Virus record (IMG/VR): IMGVR_UViG_2541047730_000004
DNA from: a virus
Taxonomy: Duplodnaviria > Heunggongvirae > Uroviricota > Caudoviricetes
DNA length: 42,322 nt
Reading direction: 5' to 3' (one strand)
In this document: piece by piece, positions 1 through 8,814 of the stretch
How the letters are laid out: each line of letters opens with the position of its first letter
Position numbering within the stretch: position 1 is the first letter of the stretch
Program-made: the position numbers and the translations under genes
The notes under the pieces: generated by a model
Database searches by the model: none
Told to the model about the DNA's origin: nothing
The model's input: the letters and a program-made list of their open reading frames with translations, nothing else

Positions 1-516
1 ATGAAATTAAAAAAATGTCTTCTGCCTGTGGCAATGTTAGCGTCATTTACTCTGGCAGGATGCCAGTCAAATGCTGATGATCATGCCGCCGATGTTTATC
101 AAACCGATCAACTGAATACCAAACAAGAAACTAAAACCGTTAATATTATTTCCATTCTTCCCGCAAAAGTTGCCGTAGACAACGCCCAAAATAAACGGAA
201 CGCACAAGCCTTCGGCGCGCTTATTGGCGCTGTCGCTGGCGGTGTTATCGGCCACAACGTCGGGTCTGGCAGCAATTCCGGAACGACAGCAGGTGCAGTT
301 GGCGGCGGAGCTGTTGGCGCAGCAGCGGGTTCTATGGTGAATGATAAAACCTTAGTGGAAGGTGTTTCTTTAACATATAAGGAAGGCACCAAAGTGTATA
401 CCTCCACCCAGGTGGGTAAAGAGTGCCAGTTTACGACAGGTTTAGCCGTTGTTATTACCACGACGTATAACGAAACGCGTATTCAGCCAAATACCAAATG
501 TCCTGAAAAGAGCTAA
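1..516 (+). CDS. Lipoprotein with glycine-zipper segment (SlyB/Pcp-like architecture); host flank or terminal cargo
   Basis: Lipobox LAGC after a hydrophobic signal peptide; Gly/Ala-rich GxxxG stretch (GALIGAVAGGVIGHNVG). Followed by a tight operon partner and a strong terminator. Confidence 0.6.
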   Translation: MKLKKCLLPVAMLASFTLAGCQSNADDHAADVYQTDQLNTKQETKTVNIISILPAKVAVDNAQNKRNAQAFGALIGAVAGGVIGHNVGSGSNSGTTAGAVGGGAVGAAAGSMVNDKTLVEGVSLTYKEGTKVYTSTQVGKECQFTTGLAVVITTTYNETRIQPNTKCPEKS

Positions 517-531
517 TAATCAGGAGGAGTC

Positions 532-1072
532 ATGAAGAAAGTTTTTCTTTGCGCCATCTTAGCCTCCTTAAGCTATCCGGCTATCGCCTCATCATTGCAG
601 GATCAACTCTCGGCTGTCGCAGAAGCGGAACAGCAAGGTAAAAATGAAGAGCAAAGGCAGCATGACGAATGGGTCGCGGAGCGCAACAGGGAAATCCAGC
701 AAGAGAAGCAACGTCGCGCAAACGCCCAGGCCGCGGCTAATAAAAGAGCGGCAACGGCAGCAGCGAATAAGAAAGCTCGTCAGGATAAACTGGACGCCGA
801 AGCCACTGCGGACAAAAAAACGCGATCAAAGTTATGAAGATGAGCTACGTAGCTTAGAGATTCAGAAGCAAAAACTGGCGCTGGCGAAAGAAGAAGCCCG
901 CGTTAAGCGCGAAAACGAATTTATCGATCAGGAACTGAAGCACAAAGCTGCGCAAACCGATGTGGTGCAATCTGAAGCTGACGCAAACAGAAATATGACT
1001 GAAGGCGGTCGCGATCTGATGAAAAGCGTGGGTAAAGCAGAAGAGAACAAATCGGACAGCTGGTTTAACTAA
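532..1072 (+). pseudogene. Secreted coiled-coil protein, reading frame broken at an A7 homopolymer (814-820)
   Basis: Signal peptide then a charged Q/E/K/R-rich helix. The ORF starting at 532 stops at 837 and the coiled-coil sequence continues in the +1 frame (644..1072); the shift coincides with the A7 run. RBS AGGAGG precedes the ATG at 532. Confidence 0.45.
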
Positions 1073-1110
1073 GCGATGTCAGTAACTTCAAGCCTATGAT
1101 TCGTGAGTAT

Positions 1111-1143
1111 AAAAAACCCTCTGTAGTAACAGAGGGTTTTGTT
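1111..1143. terminator. Bidirectional rho-independent terminator
   Basis: AAAACCCTCTGT / ACAGAGGGTTTT stem (12 bp, loop AGTA) flanked by an A-run and a T-run. Confidence 0.7.
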
Positions 1144-1290
1144 CATTCATAGTACAGGGTTCAAATCATTCCCACTCAATTATTTACGACAATCATAACC
1201 AATTGAGTGATAACATTTTTCCAAAACTTCATTTTTCTAGTACCGTTTTATATACCGTCACCGGAAATCAGTACCATGAAAAATGCCATG

Positions 1291-1773
1291 CTATCTGGTC
1301 AGGGTGTCGTATTGTTTTTCGCAGACTCTTCCGGCTTCGGCTGCCCGGTCAGCATACTCTGCCAGTTGTCTGTTTCTCTCGAGAGATTTGCTGAGCACGT
1401 CGGCAAGCAAAACTCCGGTGTCTGCGGCTGACGTCCCAGCGCCGACAATGGCGTTATACTGCCTGAGCTGCTCACGGATGGCAAAGAGTTGTTGCTGCAA
1501 CCGGCCAGCGCGAACGGCAGCATCAAGAGCATCATTGCGCGCCTGGTCGATCCTCTGCTGCGCTTCACGTTCATTGATCGATTTCTCCTGTTCGTAGTGC
1601 TGACGAACTACCTCATCTTCAGCTTTGCGGTCTTCCTTCGCCTGCGCATACCCGGCATCGTACTGACGACTGCCGTGTGCATTCCAGGCTACAACTCCTG
1701 ATATGACCAGAACAGCAAGCATCGCCATGATAACCAACTGTTTCCAGTATGTTTTTGCGAATGCCCAGATCAT
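1291..1773 (-). CDS. Rz-like i-spanin (lysis)
   Basis: N-terminal transmembrane anchor then a charged coiled-coil; lies immediately after the endolysin with an overlapping stop/start; a lipoprotein ORF is embedded in another frame. Confidence 0.7.
   Translation of the reverse strand: MIWAFAKTYWKQLVIMAMLAVLVISGVVAWNAHGSRQYDAGYAQAKEDRKAEDEVVRQHYEQEKSINEREAQQRIDQARNDALDAAVRAGRLQQQLFAIREQLRQYNAIVGAGTSAADTGVLLADVLSKSLERNRQLAEYADRAAEAGRVCEKQYDTLTR
1299..1535 (-). CDS. Rz1-like o-spanin lipoprotein embedded in the Rz gene
   Basis: Internal Met followed by lipobox ([13 protein letters not shown]) and a Pro/Ser-rich body, entirely inside the Rz reading frame in a different frame. Start chosen by eye. 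Confidence 0.45.
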   Translation of the reverse strand: MMLLMLPFALAGCSNNSLPSVSSSGSITPLSALGRQPQTPEFCLPTCSANLSRETDNWQSMLTGQPKPEESAKNNTTP

Positions 1774-2402
1774 ACCGCCAGCACCTTACTGGCAGTGATG
1801 TATCGCGCGCGCCGGTCATCAATGCCGTTCCGGCCACCATTGATAAGCAGAGTTACACGTGCAATATCTCCGGTATACTTCATGCAGCCTTTGCTGGAGA
1901 AGAACCACGCCGCGCTACGAGCCGCGTATTCGTCCTGCGCCAGCAGTTCAGGACTCTCCAGCAGGTCAACCTTAAGACCGTTTCCACAGTCACGATAGTT
2001 ATTCAAACCGGTAATCTGGATAAGTCCGCGCCCACGGTAGTTCCAGCCGTCACCAGGGGCATTGTTCCCCATGCGTTTGCTGTACACCAGATTGGCGATC
2101 GCTCGCTGGCGCTCGAGTGGCAATGGTGGCTCACCAGCACGTCGCCCCAGTGCATTAGCCTGCCCCTGAGTGAGACGCCCAGCCCGAACGAAGTTAGCCA
2201 GTCCGCTGACGCTGTAGTTGAAATTCTCCTGCAACCGGGTGAAGCCCACAGACTCATGCCCGACCTGAGCAATAAACATTGCCAGATCTTCTGGTTTGCT
2301 GATACCAAACTCTTTCATCGCAGAAGTTATATGCGAGAACCAGCGTGCGGCCAGCGCCTCGCTAATACCAGCAGCTCGCTGGAATTGTTTAATCTCCATG
2401 TT
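1770..2402 (-). CDS. Endolysin, glycoside hydrolase family 19 (chitinase-like lysozyme)
   Basis: Motifs VGHES, NY...G and [13 protein letters not shown] typical of GH19 phage endolysins. Start taken at MEIKQF; the longer ORF to 2564 is probably an N-terminal over-extension. Confidence 0.8.
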   Translation of the reverse strand, partial: NMEIKQFQRAAGISEALAARWFSHITSAMKEFGISKPEDLAMFIAQVGHESVGFTRLQENFNYSVSGLANFVRAGRLTQGQANALGRRAGEPPLPLERQRAIANLVYSKRMGNNAPGDGWNYRGRGLIQITGLNNYRDCGNGLKVDLLESPELLAQDEYAARSAAWFFSSKGCMKYTGDIARVTLLINGGRNGIDDRRARYITASKVLAV

Positions 2403-2697
2403 TAGACCTCGATATTTTGAAAATCTGAACAACGTTACCGCGTGTTTTAATAACCGCGGCAAGCATGACAGCGTTGATAATGACCTCAGATAAATCCACA
2501 GCCATTGGCGTGCGTAACCAGATTGCATAAGCGACACGAACTGGAATGCTGGCCGCAGCAACAATCAGGAAATAAGCAAGCCACCCACCCCATCGCCTGT
2601 GTTGAGAACCGTTTCTCCGAAATGTGGCAACTCGAACTGCTATACCGGCGCAAATAACCGCATTGGTGATAAGCAAAAAAAGCTCATGAGTTACCAT
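2389..2697 (-). CDS. Small multi-pass membrane protein in the lysis cassette (holin/antiholin-like)
   Basis: About 100 aa with three hydrophobic segments; overlaps the holin end and the endolysin start. Confidence 0.4.
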   Translation of the reverse strand: MVTHELFLLITNAVICAGIAVRVATFRRNGSQHRRWGGWLAYFLIVAAASIPVRVAYAIWLRTPMAVDLSEVIINAVMLAAVIKTRGNVVQIFKISRSKHGD

Positions 2698-3097
2698 CGT
2701 CTTTTCTCCCCGGAATTAACTCGCGTGGATTATCGGAACGGTGATAGAGCCAGATCCCAATTCGCACAGCGACGATTGCTGACACAAATGCACCGGCAGA
2801 GAAAACAATCCCTTTCTCGAAAGAATCCTGTGTGATTGTAGGGATCAGGCTGGCTATGCCGATAAGAATTGATGCTGCTGGTTTGTAGAATAGAAGTCCG
2901 CAGAGAAAGCTAAGCATCGACAAGAGCACGCGACGACGAATGGGATACTCTACCGCAGAGGTAACAAAAATCACCGCCCCAGCCAAAGACCCCAAAGCAA
3001 CCTCAGGAGGAACTCCTGCTATCACTGCCGCCAAAGAACTCATGCTAAGCCACTGATTTAAAGTTTCACTGGTTAGTTGAGCTGACATGTTTTCCAC
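2684..3097 (-). CDS. Holin-like membrane protein
   Basis: About 135 aa with several transmembrane helices and a charged C-terminus; first gene of the lysis cassette. Alternative start at 3088. Confidence 0.5.
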   Translation of the reverse strand: MENMSAQLTSETLNQWLSMSSLAAVIAGVPPEVALGSLAGAVIFVTSAVEYPIRRRVLLSMLSFLCGLLFYKPAASILIGIASLIPTITQDSFEKGIVFSAGAFVSAIVAVRIGIWLYHRSDNPRELIPGRKDDGNS

Positions 3098-3455
3098 CGT
3101 TTATATGCATAACTACCTCCTGAACAGTAAAGCATTACGCATGATAAACCATTTATGGTTTTTTGTTACCCAATATTACCAATCCAATTCGCGATGGTCA
3201 AAACATATCCACAGCGGTAAGTTTGAGTGTTTTCATTTCCAAAACTTTATACAATAATATATGCAGTCTGTTATTTTTACGCACAATAAAAACACGATAC
3301 CAGCTATTTCGCCATAAATACAATTTCCTTTAATGCTGCCAACAGTGCCTGCAAAACATATAACAGAACACATAAATAACAGGCATAATATAGATTTAAT
3401 AATCTAAGTGCATATAAATATCATTTAAGAAGTTAAGAGCATTATTATAATAACA

Positions 3456-3483
3456 ATAACCCCGCTGTTTTATTCGGGGTTAT
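3456..3483 (-). terminator. Rho-independent terminator just after the tailspike
   Basis: ATAACCCCG / CGGGGTTAT stem followed by T-rich sequence on the minus strand, 12 bp past the tailspike stop. Confidence 0.6.
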
Positions 3484-3494
3484 TGCATTTATTA

Positions 3495-6470
3495 TTACAT
3501 TGACATTAATATAAACATGGCTAATTCGTCATAACGAATTCCGTAGCGTCCTCCTGCTTTTTTTACAAGAATCATATCTCCTGTTTTATATTGAGAATAA
3601 ATTTTCTCACCTGTATCAGGATCTGTGCTCTCTTCAGTTATCACCTCTTCATCCCATACGTCAGGCCATTCATCGTAACACCAAAAAGCATATTGCTCAG
3701 GGTTTAAACCATGCTTTCTAAGAATATCCCCTACGGTTTGAGCGCCAACGCCAAAATGATACCTGGACGACTCAATTCCTTTGTGATTAATTGAGTCATT
3801 AAATTTAAATTTATAGATGACTGACTTTATTTCAATAGCGGCATTACGCTCTGCATTAAGAATATCATATCTTGTTTTAAGAGTTTCATCTGACGTATTG
3901 ATTGACCCGGTTCCTGCATAGATAACAGAGCATCTGTTTGATGGCTGTCCAATAGCTTTAACATTATCATCAACAGGAGCTATTTTATTAGCATCTGCCA
4001 ACCACCAGTCTGTTCCATCAGCGTGACCGATTCTTACTCTTATCCCACTTCTAATATTTAAACTTCCAGTATTACTCTGTAAATTACAATCTCCTGAAGT
4101 TGGTCCAAGCAGTACAGTTTTACCAACACCACATACTACTCTGGCATTTCCTTTTTGTGATACGAGTCTTGACTCACCTCCTGACTGCTCAGGAAGAGAT
4201 TTATGGTCTATAAATGCATCGCGGGGGTTAAATACACCGTCTCCAGAATTATATCTTCCTCCTGTATAGTTGTTAAATACAGGACCCCAGTCAACGCCAT
4301 TGCCTTCAGAGCACCCGACCATTCTAAGCACTCGAGTATTCCCTGCTGCATATGGTAATGAGCTTGTTGATTGCCGGGAAGCTATCATACGTGCTCCATA
4401 ACCAATAGCATTACCACCATTTATAGTTACATATGCTGGCTGGCTTTCGAAATATGTACTGTAAAAGTTCATATTTCCACAGTCATGTAGATGAATAAGA
4501 ACATCATCCCATCCCTGAATGGTTCCTGCATGTACCTGTACACCGCGAACTGGTTCCCCTGAAACCTCCATACACTCTGATGGTCGGCTGAATGGTTGAG
4601 ACAGGTATTGCGATGTGGCAAGCAGATGTGTGTGGTGATACAGGCTGGTAATGTAGCAATCGAAAAATTGCGTTCCCGCCATACCAAAGTTATCTATGTC
4701 ATTTCGCCGTATAGTAGAACCTACTGTTGCCTCAGAAGCGTTAGACACTCCAGTAAATACTAACTTATCACCGGATACGGATAATCCTGAATAAGTGAAA
4801 TTCCTGCCTCCAGATCTTAAAACCCCGGACGTTTCGAAGGTGTGGCTTGCTGACCATGGGATTTCGATAGTGCTGGACGTTACCGCTGTAATTCGGAATA
4901 CATCATGGGCGCGGATCGAAACACCCTTGAATCCCTGGAATCTACAGTGATAATAGTTTTCATCCTCGCCCTGAGCGGCCAGCGTGCCAGATACAGGAAT
5001 GTTCGTTTTTAAAAGTGCCGTCTTGCGCCAGTATCCAACCACCTGCAAATTGCGGTATTCATTGCCAAAAGACGCACGTGACCAAATACCTACATCCCAC
5101 TCATCGCCAAGACCGGTATTTGCAATGTCTTTATAACCATCCAGCCCATTGAAATATGGAACAATACGAAAGTTCTCAAGGCGAACACATCCTGTCTCTG
5201 GCATCAATATTGCGGCAGAGAATGGTTTAAGCGTGGCTCTTGTAGCCCCATTAGCATCACCGTTAGTAAAATCCAATAAATCATATGATGACGCAGGTGC
5301 CGTTGTTGTATACGGGTCTTCGGAAGATGGATTAGAAACCACACCACCACTAACATCCATATTAGAAACACAATCTACAGTATATTTTTTATTTCCTACA
5401 CCGTACATCAGGAATGTGGTCCCTGTGGTAATATCAGGAGCAAATGTTGCAGTATATCCAGAGACCCATTTGCCCACACCAAGACCAATTATCCCACCAC
5501 CAGAAACAGGTGTTAACGTATCCGTTATTACATACGCATTATCAGTACCATAAATAACCTTTCCTGTGTTAATGGCAGCTTGCCACGCGGCCCAGTCTAT
5601 TGACTGAGATAATGAGTCAACAAAAGGATATAAGGATTTTGCTTCAGAAATTGAAGAAAACCTCTCAGATAATGGATGATATTTCCCATCCCCAATTGCT
5701 CCGAATTGTTTTACATTTAAGAAAAGAGCATTGTTTTCATGCTGAGTTATAGTTACAGCCCCGGCAAATGGCTGCCTTACACCAATTAATGCATCACCTT
5801 TTCCTTCTCCTGCGCTAGATAATTGCAGAAGAACATCTGCGGCACTGCCAGAAGGCACAGGTACACCTATAGGTTTACCATTGACGATACCAATGACAGT
5901 TTCTTCCAGTAAATGAACTGGAGGAAGTGGTTCAATAAAATTATCTGGAACCCGTAATGTCCTGTTAATATTCACATTAACAATATTATCAACATAATTC
6001 TTTGTAGCTGCATCTTGAGGCTTGGAAGGATCGCGCAAATTGCGGATGTAATTATTCAAAGCATCGTAATAGTTTGCCACAAATGATGGTTTGCGCAGCG
6101 CCAGGCTAAACCAACTGCGGACTTGCTGTATCAGCATCGTCAGCTTATCTAACGCGTCTTCATGCACCTCAGCGAAAAACTTTCCCTGATTTCGCAGATC
6201 AGTTTCCTGCGTAACCGGTAGCTCTCGTGATATAGAAATCTGATAACCGTTAGCTAACGCCTTCGACAGAATTACATTACCGCCATTATATCCACCAGCC
6301 CCAGTGACAGTGTAATCAGTATCAAGAGCCAGCACAGCGATATTTTCGTCAAGGTCAACCACCTGTACTGCCAGATCAGATTCCTTGAAAACCCTAAAAG
6401 TATACGGAAATGATGTCGTAACGCCGTTACCTGTGTATTCGTTGTGGTCAACTTCGGTTGAGACCGTCAT
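3495..6470 (-). CDS. Tailspike / tail fibre with conserved N-terminal head-binding domain and C-terminal intramolecular chaperone (peptidase S74-type) domain
   Basis: N-terminus MTVSTEVDHNEYTGNGVTTSFPYTFRVF is the conserved tail-fibre anchor; the C-terminal ~150 aa (DILNAERNAAIEIKSV...) resembles the endosialidase-type auto-cleaving chaperone; 991 aa; visibly lower GC than the core virion genes. Confidence 0.8.
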   Translation of the reverse strand: MTVSTEVDHNEYTGNGVTTSFPYTFRVFKESDLAVQVVDLDENIAVLALDTDYTVTGAGGYNGGNVILSKALANGYQISISRELPVTQETDLRNQGKFFAEVHEDALDKLTMLIQQVRSWFSLALRKPSFVANYYDALNNYIRNLRDPSKPQDAATKNYVDNIVNVNINRTLRVPDNFIEPLPPVHLLEETVIGIVNGKPIGVPVPSGSAADVLLQLSSAGEGKGDALIGVRQPFAGAVTITQHENNALFLNVKQFGAIGDGKYHPLSERFSSISEAKSLYPFVDSLSQSIDWAAWQAAINTGKVIYGTDNAYVITDTLTPVSGGGIIGLGVGKWVSGYTATFAPDITTGTTFLMYGVGNKKYTVDCVSNMDVSGGVVSNPSSEDPYTTTAPASSYDLLDFTNGDANGATRATLKPFSAAILMPETGCVRLENFRIVPYFNGLDGYKDIANTGLGDEWDVGIWSRASFGNEYRNLQVVGYWRKTALLKTNIPVSGTLAAQGEDENYYHCRFQGFKGVSIRAHDVFRITAVTSSTIEIPWSASHTFETSGVLRSGGRNFTYSGLSVSGDKLVFTGVSNASEATVGSTIRRNDIDNFGMAGTQFFDCYITSLYHHTHLLATSQYLSQPFSRPSECMEVSGEPVRGVQVHAGTIQGWDDVLIHLHDCGNMNFYSTYFESQPAYVTINGGNAIGYGARMIASRQSTSSLPYAAGNTRVLRMVGCSEGNGVDWGPVFNNYTGGRYNSGDGVFNPRDAFIDHKSLPEQSGGESRLVSQKGNARVVCGVGKTVLLGPTSGDCNLQSNTGSLNIRSGIRVRIGHADGTDWWLADANKIAPVDDNVKAIGQPSNRCSVIYAGTGSINTSDETLKTRYDILNAERNAAIEIKSVIYKFKFNDSINHKGIESSRYHFGVGAQTVGDILRKHGLNPEQYAFWCYDEWPDVWDEEVITEESTDPDTGEKIYSQYKTGDMILVKKAGGRYGIRYDELAMFILMSM

Positions 6471-6573
6471 GTTAAATCTCCAGATAGTCGCAGCACCTGT
6501 TGCGCCGCATATCCGGTTATTCTATTACCTGAAAAACCACATATGGATAGATAACCCATAAATACGAACAGAT

Positions 6574-6590
6574 ATTACCTTTCAGGTGAT
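6574..6590. promoter_or_regulatory. Operator-like palindrome ATTACCTTTCAGGTGAT (TTACC-N5-GGTRA family)
   Basis: Matches the motif repeated at 12 or more intergenic sites; an additional half-site lies at 6525-6529. Confidence 0.45.
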
Positions 6591-6626
6591 TCGCAAAACG
6601 TGCTGGATAGCAAACAAATTATTTGA

Positions 6627-6646
6627 TACTGTATAAATATACAGTT
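6627..6646. promoter_or_regulatory. LexA box (SOS box)
   Basis: ATACTGTATAAATATACAGTTA: CTGT-N8-ACAG with an AT-only spacer and consensus-like flanks, ending 6 bp before the ATG at 6652. Confidence 0.75.
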
Positions 6647-6651
6647 ATTGC

Positions 6652-6924
6652 ATGGAGAAGATTAAGATGCAGCAGTATCACTATCCACTGGAAGACGGAT
6701 TTACCGAAAGGATTCACACGCCGGGAGGCGTCAGGTCACTGGTGGAGGGATCGCACTTGATGAAATTACTCCGGGATCTCGATAAGGATGGATTTAATGT
6801 CGATGGCCCACTTGCCGAACTGACTGCACTGATTAACTACGTCACCAGCTCACAGATGTCTATGCGGGATCTGCAAACACATCTCGACTATTGTGCCGAA
6901 CAATTACGAAAACAAACCACATAA
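6652..6924 (+). CDS. Small stand-alone antirepressor-C-terminal-domain protein, candidate SOS-inducible antirepressor
   Basis: Shares a diverged domain (RSLV..S.LM.LL..L..DG..V.G..AELT....YV......M.DLQTH..Y) with the C-termini of both Ant-like proteins at 8074..8730 and 9513..10451. LexA box immediately upstream. Alternative start at 6667 has a well-spaced GGAG RBS. Confidence 0.55.
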   Translation: MEKIKMQQYHYPLEDGFTERIHTPGGVRSLVEGSHLMKLLRDLDKDGFNVDGPLAELTALINYVTSSQMSMRDLQTHLDYCAEQLRKQTT

Positions 6925-6928
6925 AGAA

Positions 6929-6950
6929 AAGGCCGCAAGAGCGGCCTATC
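6929..6950. terminator. Bidirectional terminator between convergent genes
   Basis: GGCCGC-AAGA-GCGGCC hairpin flanked by an A-rich and a T-rich tract. Confidence 0.6.
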
Positions 6951-7674
6951 GTTTCGCTTTGTGCTCGTCCCAGCACGTTTTGCACCATGCCATTAAGCCA
7001 TCCGCATTTTGATTATTAGGGTAAAAACTGGTTCGTTTTCTGCGGACATTACAAATTGGGCACCACTTCATATGGCGTGTATTCTTTGGGCCATCGAGAC
7101 ACCTTGCACACCACTTAGTCAATCCATCTGGATTTTTTGACGATTTCCTGAATTTTCCATATGGAAGGGTTATTCTGCATCGCAAACACTGCTTGCGGGC
7201 ACTTGAAACTTCGTTAGCTGATTCTTCTTTTGACGGCGATACAGAAGGTATTCTTGCTGGCTCTGATACTGCCTGAGGTGCTTTTTTAGGTGACTGAGAC
7301 GATGTGTCATCACCAGGGAATCTTCCATGATATGCCGGACGCGTTGACACTCCAGGTGGAAGCTCTGCTGTAAATGGCTTTGGCTGAATCAGTTGCCTCT
7401 CTTTTGCTAACTCCTGCTGTTTATAATATGTCTGGATTACCGCACTATCATAAGCAGGAGGTGCGGAAATATTAGGCGCATTACCTCCAGTTTTTTGAAA
7501 CTGAGTAGAGGTGTGTTCTATCACCTGTGTACGATTAATCGTTATCTCCCCATCTTCGGTCTTTATCGTTTTGTTATGATTAACGACCGTACGATCAGAG
7601 ATCTTAGTCTTGTTCTGGTTGATAACGTAAATAATCACCGCAACCACACCAACAACTATCCAGAAAACTTCCAT
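6946..7674 (-). CDS. Membrane-anchored protein with tandem Cys-rich (zinc-ribbon-like) repeats; function unknown
   Basis: N-terminal transmembrane helix (VFWIVVGVVAVIIYVI), Pro/Ser-rich linker, then four CxxC pairs in two internal repeats (NPDGLTKWCARC / NADGLMAWCKTC). Confidence 0.55.
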   Translation of the reverse strand: MEVFWIVVGVVAVIIYVINQNKTKISDRTVVNHNKTIKTEDGEITINRTQVIEHTSTQFQKTGGNAPNISAPPAYDSAVIQTYYKQQELAKERQLIQPKPFTAELPPGVSTRPAYHGRFPGDDTSSQSPKKAPQAVSEPARIPSVSPSKEESANEVSSARKQCLRCRITLPYGKFRKSSKNPDGLTKWCARCLDGPKNTRHMKWCPICNVRRKRTSFYPNNQNADGLMAWCKTCWDEHKAKR

Positions 7675-7692
7675 TGCTTTTCCTCACAATAA

Positions 7693-7711
7693 TATTACCT
7701 TAAAGGTAATA
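7693..7711. promoter_or_regulatory. Operator palindrome TATTACC-TTAAA-GGTAATA (perfect 7-5-7)
   Basis: Perfect inverted repeat in the divergent intergenic region between 6946..7674 (-) and 8074..8730 (+). Confidence 0.6.
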
Positions 7712-7742
7712 TCTTGCTTTCAGGTGATCAAGCGTTAAACGC

Positions 7743-7764
7743 AATCAACCAAATACGGTTGATT
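7743..7764. promoter_or_regulatory. Second, different palindrome AATCAACC-AAATAC-GGTTGATT
   Basis: 8-bp perfect inverted arms; distinct from the TTACC/GGTAA motif; same regulatory region. Confidence 0.35.
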
Positions 7765-7786
7765 TTTATATTTATCAGCGTTTATC

Positions 7787-7804
7787 ATTACCTTTGCGGT
7801 AAAT
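7787..7804. promoter_or_regulatory. Operator palindrome ATTACC-TTTGC-GGTAAAT
   Basis: TTACC-N5-GGTAA family. Confidence 0.5.
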
Positions 7805-7894
7805 TTACATCGCACTCCTCTTGTGCCATAGTAATCGGGCACTGGCAAAATCCAGTGCCGGGATTGGTCTCCCGGATTACTAAGTGGCGCATAC

Positions 7895-7917
7895 CACGCC
7901 AGACGTGGTTTTTTTAT
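7895..7917 (+). terminator. Intrinsic terminator-like hairpin inside the 400-bp leader upstream of the AntA-like gene
   Basis: CCACG-CCAGA-CGTGG followed by TTTTTTT; a longer stem-loop (GCACTGG...CCAGTGC) lies at about 7838-7862. Confidence 0.4.
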
Positions 7918-8073
7918 GCGTATAGCACAGTCATGCCAGAATTATGGTGGGCTGAATGGGGGTCCGAAAGGACGCCGGTACCACTTAGGCCGGTAAGACC
8001 AACTCCGTTCAGTTCACCACCATCTGATTGGTCTCAGCGGTGGTGATGTAATTCGCTAAGTGGAGACGCCATC

Positions 8074-8730
8074 ATGAACGCTCAACTCATCCCCGTATTC
8101 AACGGCACTATATCTAACGAAACAGCCCTACTTTGTAATGCCCGCGATCTGCACGCTTTTTTAGGTGTTAAAAAGGTGTTTGCAGCATGGATTACAAATC
8201 GCATATCAGAATACGAATTCATTGAAAATCAAGACTATATTTTGCTTTCCAATTTGGGAAAGCAAACATCTGGTAGAGGCGGCCACAACCGCAAAGAGTA
8301 CCACCTCACCCTTGATACAGCCAAAGAGCTGGCGATGGTCGAGCGTAACGAAAAAGGTCGCCAGGTGCGACGCTACTTCATTGAATGCGAGAAACGTTTA
8401 AGACAACAAGAAACAAAAGTGGAGAAGGTCTTGTCAGGCTTCATGCCCGCCATTATGGAGGCGATCAAGCTGGAAGACAAAAAAGAATACAGCGCCCCAC
8501 TGAAGCCCGGCTACCGTAGCCTGATTCATTCGCCGTCTGGTGTTCTCGGCCTGACGGAGAACTCACTGCTGATGAATTTGCTGAACCAGTTACAGGAAGA
8601 CGGGCATGACGTATCGGGCGCGGCGGCGGAACTGACCACCATGTTCTGCTACATCGTTGGTGTGAGTAAATGCCTGCGTGATATCCAGACGCACGCGGAG
8701 TACATCAACGACAAGGCAGGGTTCTTCTGA
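8074..8730 (+). CDS. Antirepressor, AntA/Bro-N-like N-terminal domain plus shared Ant C-terminal domain
   Basis: N-terminal region (DLHAFLGV...W...[12 protein letters not shown]...[14 protein letters not shown]...RRYFIECEK) is typical of phage antirepressor N-domains; the C-terminal ~75 aa are near-identical to the C-terminus of 9513..10451; RBS GGAGA upstream. Confidence 0.65.
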   Translation: MNAQLIPVFNGTISNETALLCNARDLHAFLGVKKVFAAWITNRISEYEFIENQDYILLSNLGKQTSGRGGHNRKEYHLTLDTAKELAMVERNEKGRQVRRYFIECEKRLRQQETKVEKVLSGFMPAIMEAIKLEDKKEYSAPLKPGYRSLIHSPSGVLGLTENSLLMNLLNQLQEDGHDVSGAAAELTTMFCYIVGVSKCLRDIQTHAEYINDKAGFF

Positions 8731-8752
8731 CGGGCGGCGGCACAGGGATGTG
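8498..8752. repeat. Left arm of ~255-bp inverted repeat (about 95% identical to 9489..9746)
   Basis: Direct comparison of the reverse complement: e.g. ggtggtcagttccgccgccgcgcccgatacgtcatgcccgtcttcctgtaactggttcag versus ggttgtcagctccgccgccgcgcccgatacatcatgcccgtcttcctgtaactggttcag. Confidence 0.85.
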
Positions 8753-8795
8753 CTTCTGACATAATCATTTGCGGTGTGATGTAGATTCACGTAAG

Positions 8796-8812
8796 ATTAC
8801 CTTAAAGGTAAA
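8796..8812. promoter_or_regulatory. Operator palindrome ATTACC-TTAAA-GGTAAA overlapping the RBS/start of 8815
   Basis: TTACC-N5-GGTAA family; ends 3 bp before the ATG. Confidence 0.5.
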
Positions 8813-8814
8813 CC

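Noticed and set aside
67-461. Minus-strand ORFs 67..255 and 108..461 inside the lipoprotein gene
   Set aside because: Antisense to a well-formed lipoprotein ORF; the Pro/Ala-rich translation is typical of reading a Gly/Ala-rich gene backwards.
1073-1290. Prophage attachment site (attL/attR) in the gap between the terminator and the Rz gene
   Set aside because: The other prophage end lies beyond the integrase outside the window, so no direct repeat can be matched; the boundary cannot be called from this window alone.
1203-1840. Plus-strand ORFs 1203..1394, 1207..1431, 1283..1597, 1489..1701 and minus ORF 1619..1840
   Set aside because: They are antisense to or out of frame with the Rz/Rz1 and endolysin genes, with atypical composition; treated as shadow ORFs.
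7714-8046. 110-aa ORF on the plus strand between the divergent 7674 and 8074 genes
   Set aside because: It overlaps the operator palindromes, stem-loops and a terminator-like hairpin, with no RBS or motif support; more likely regulatory or leader DNA than a protein gene.
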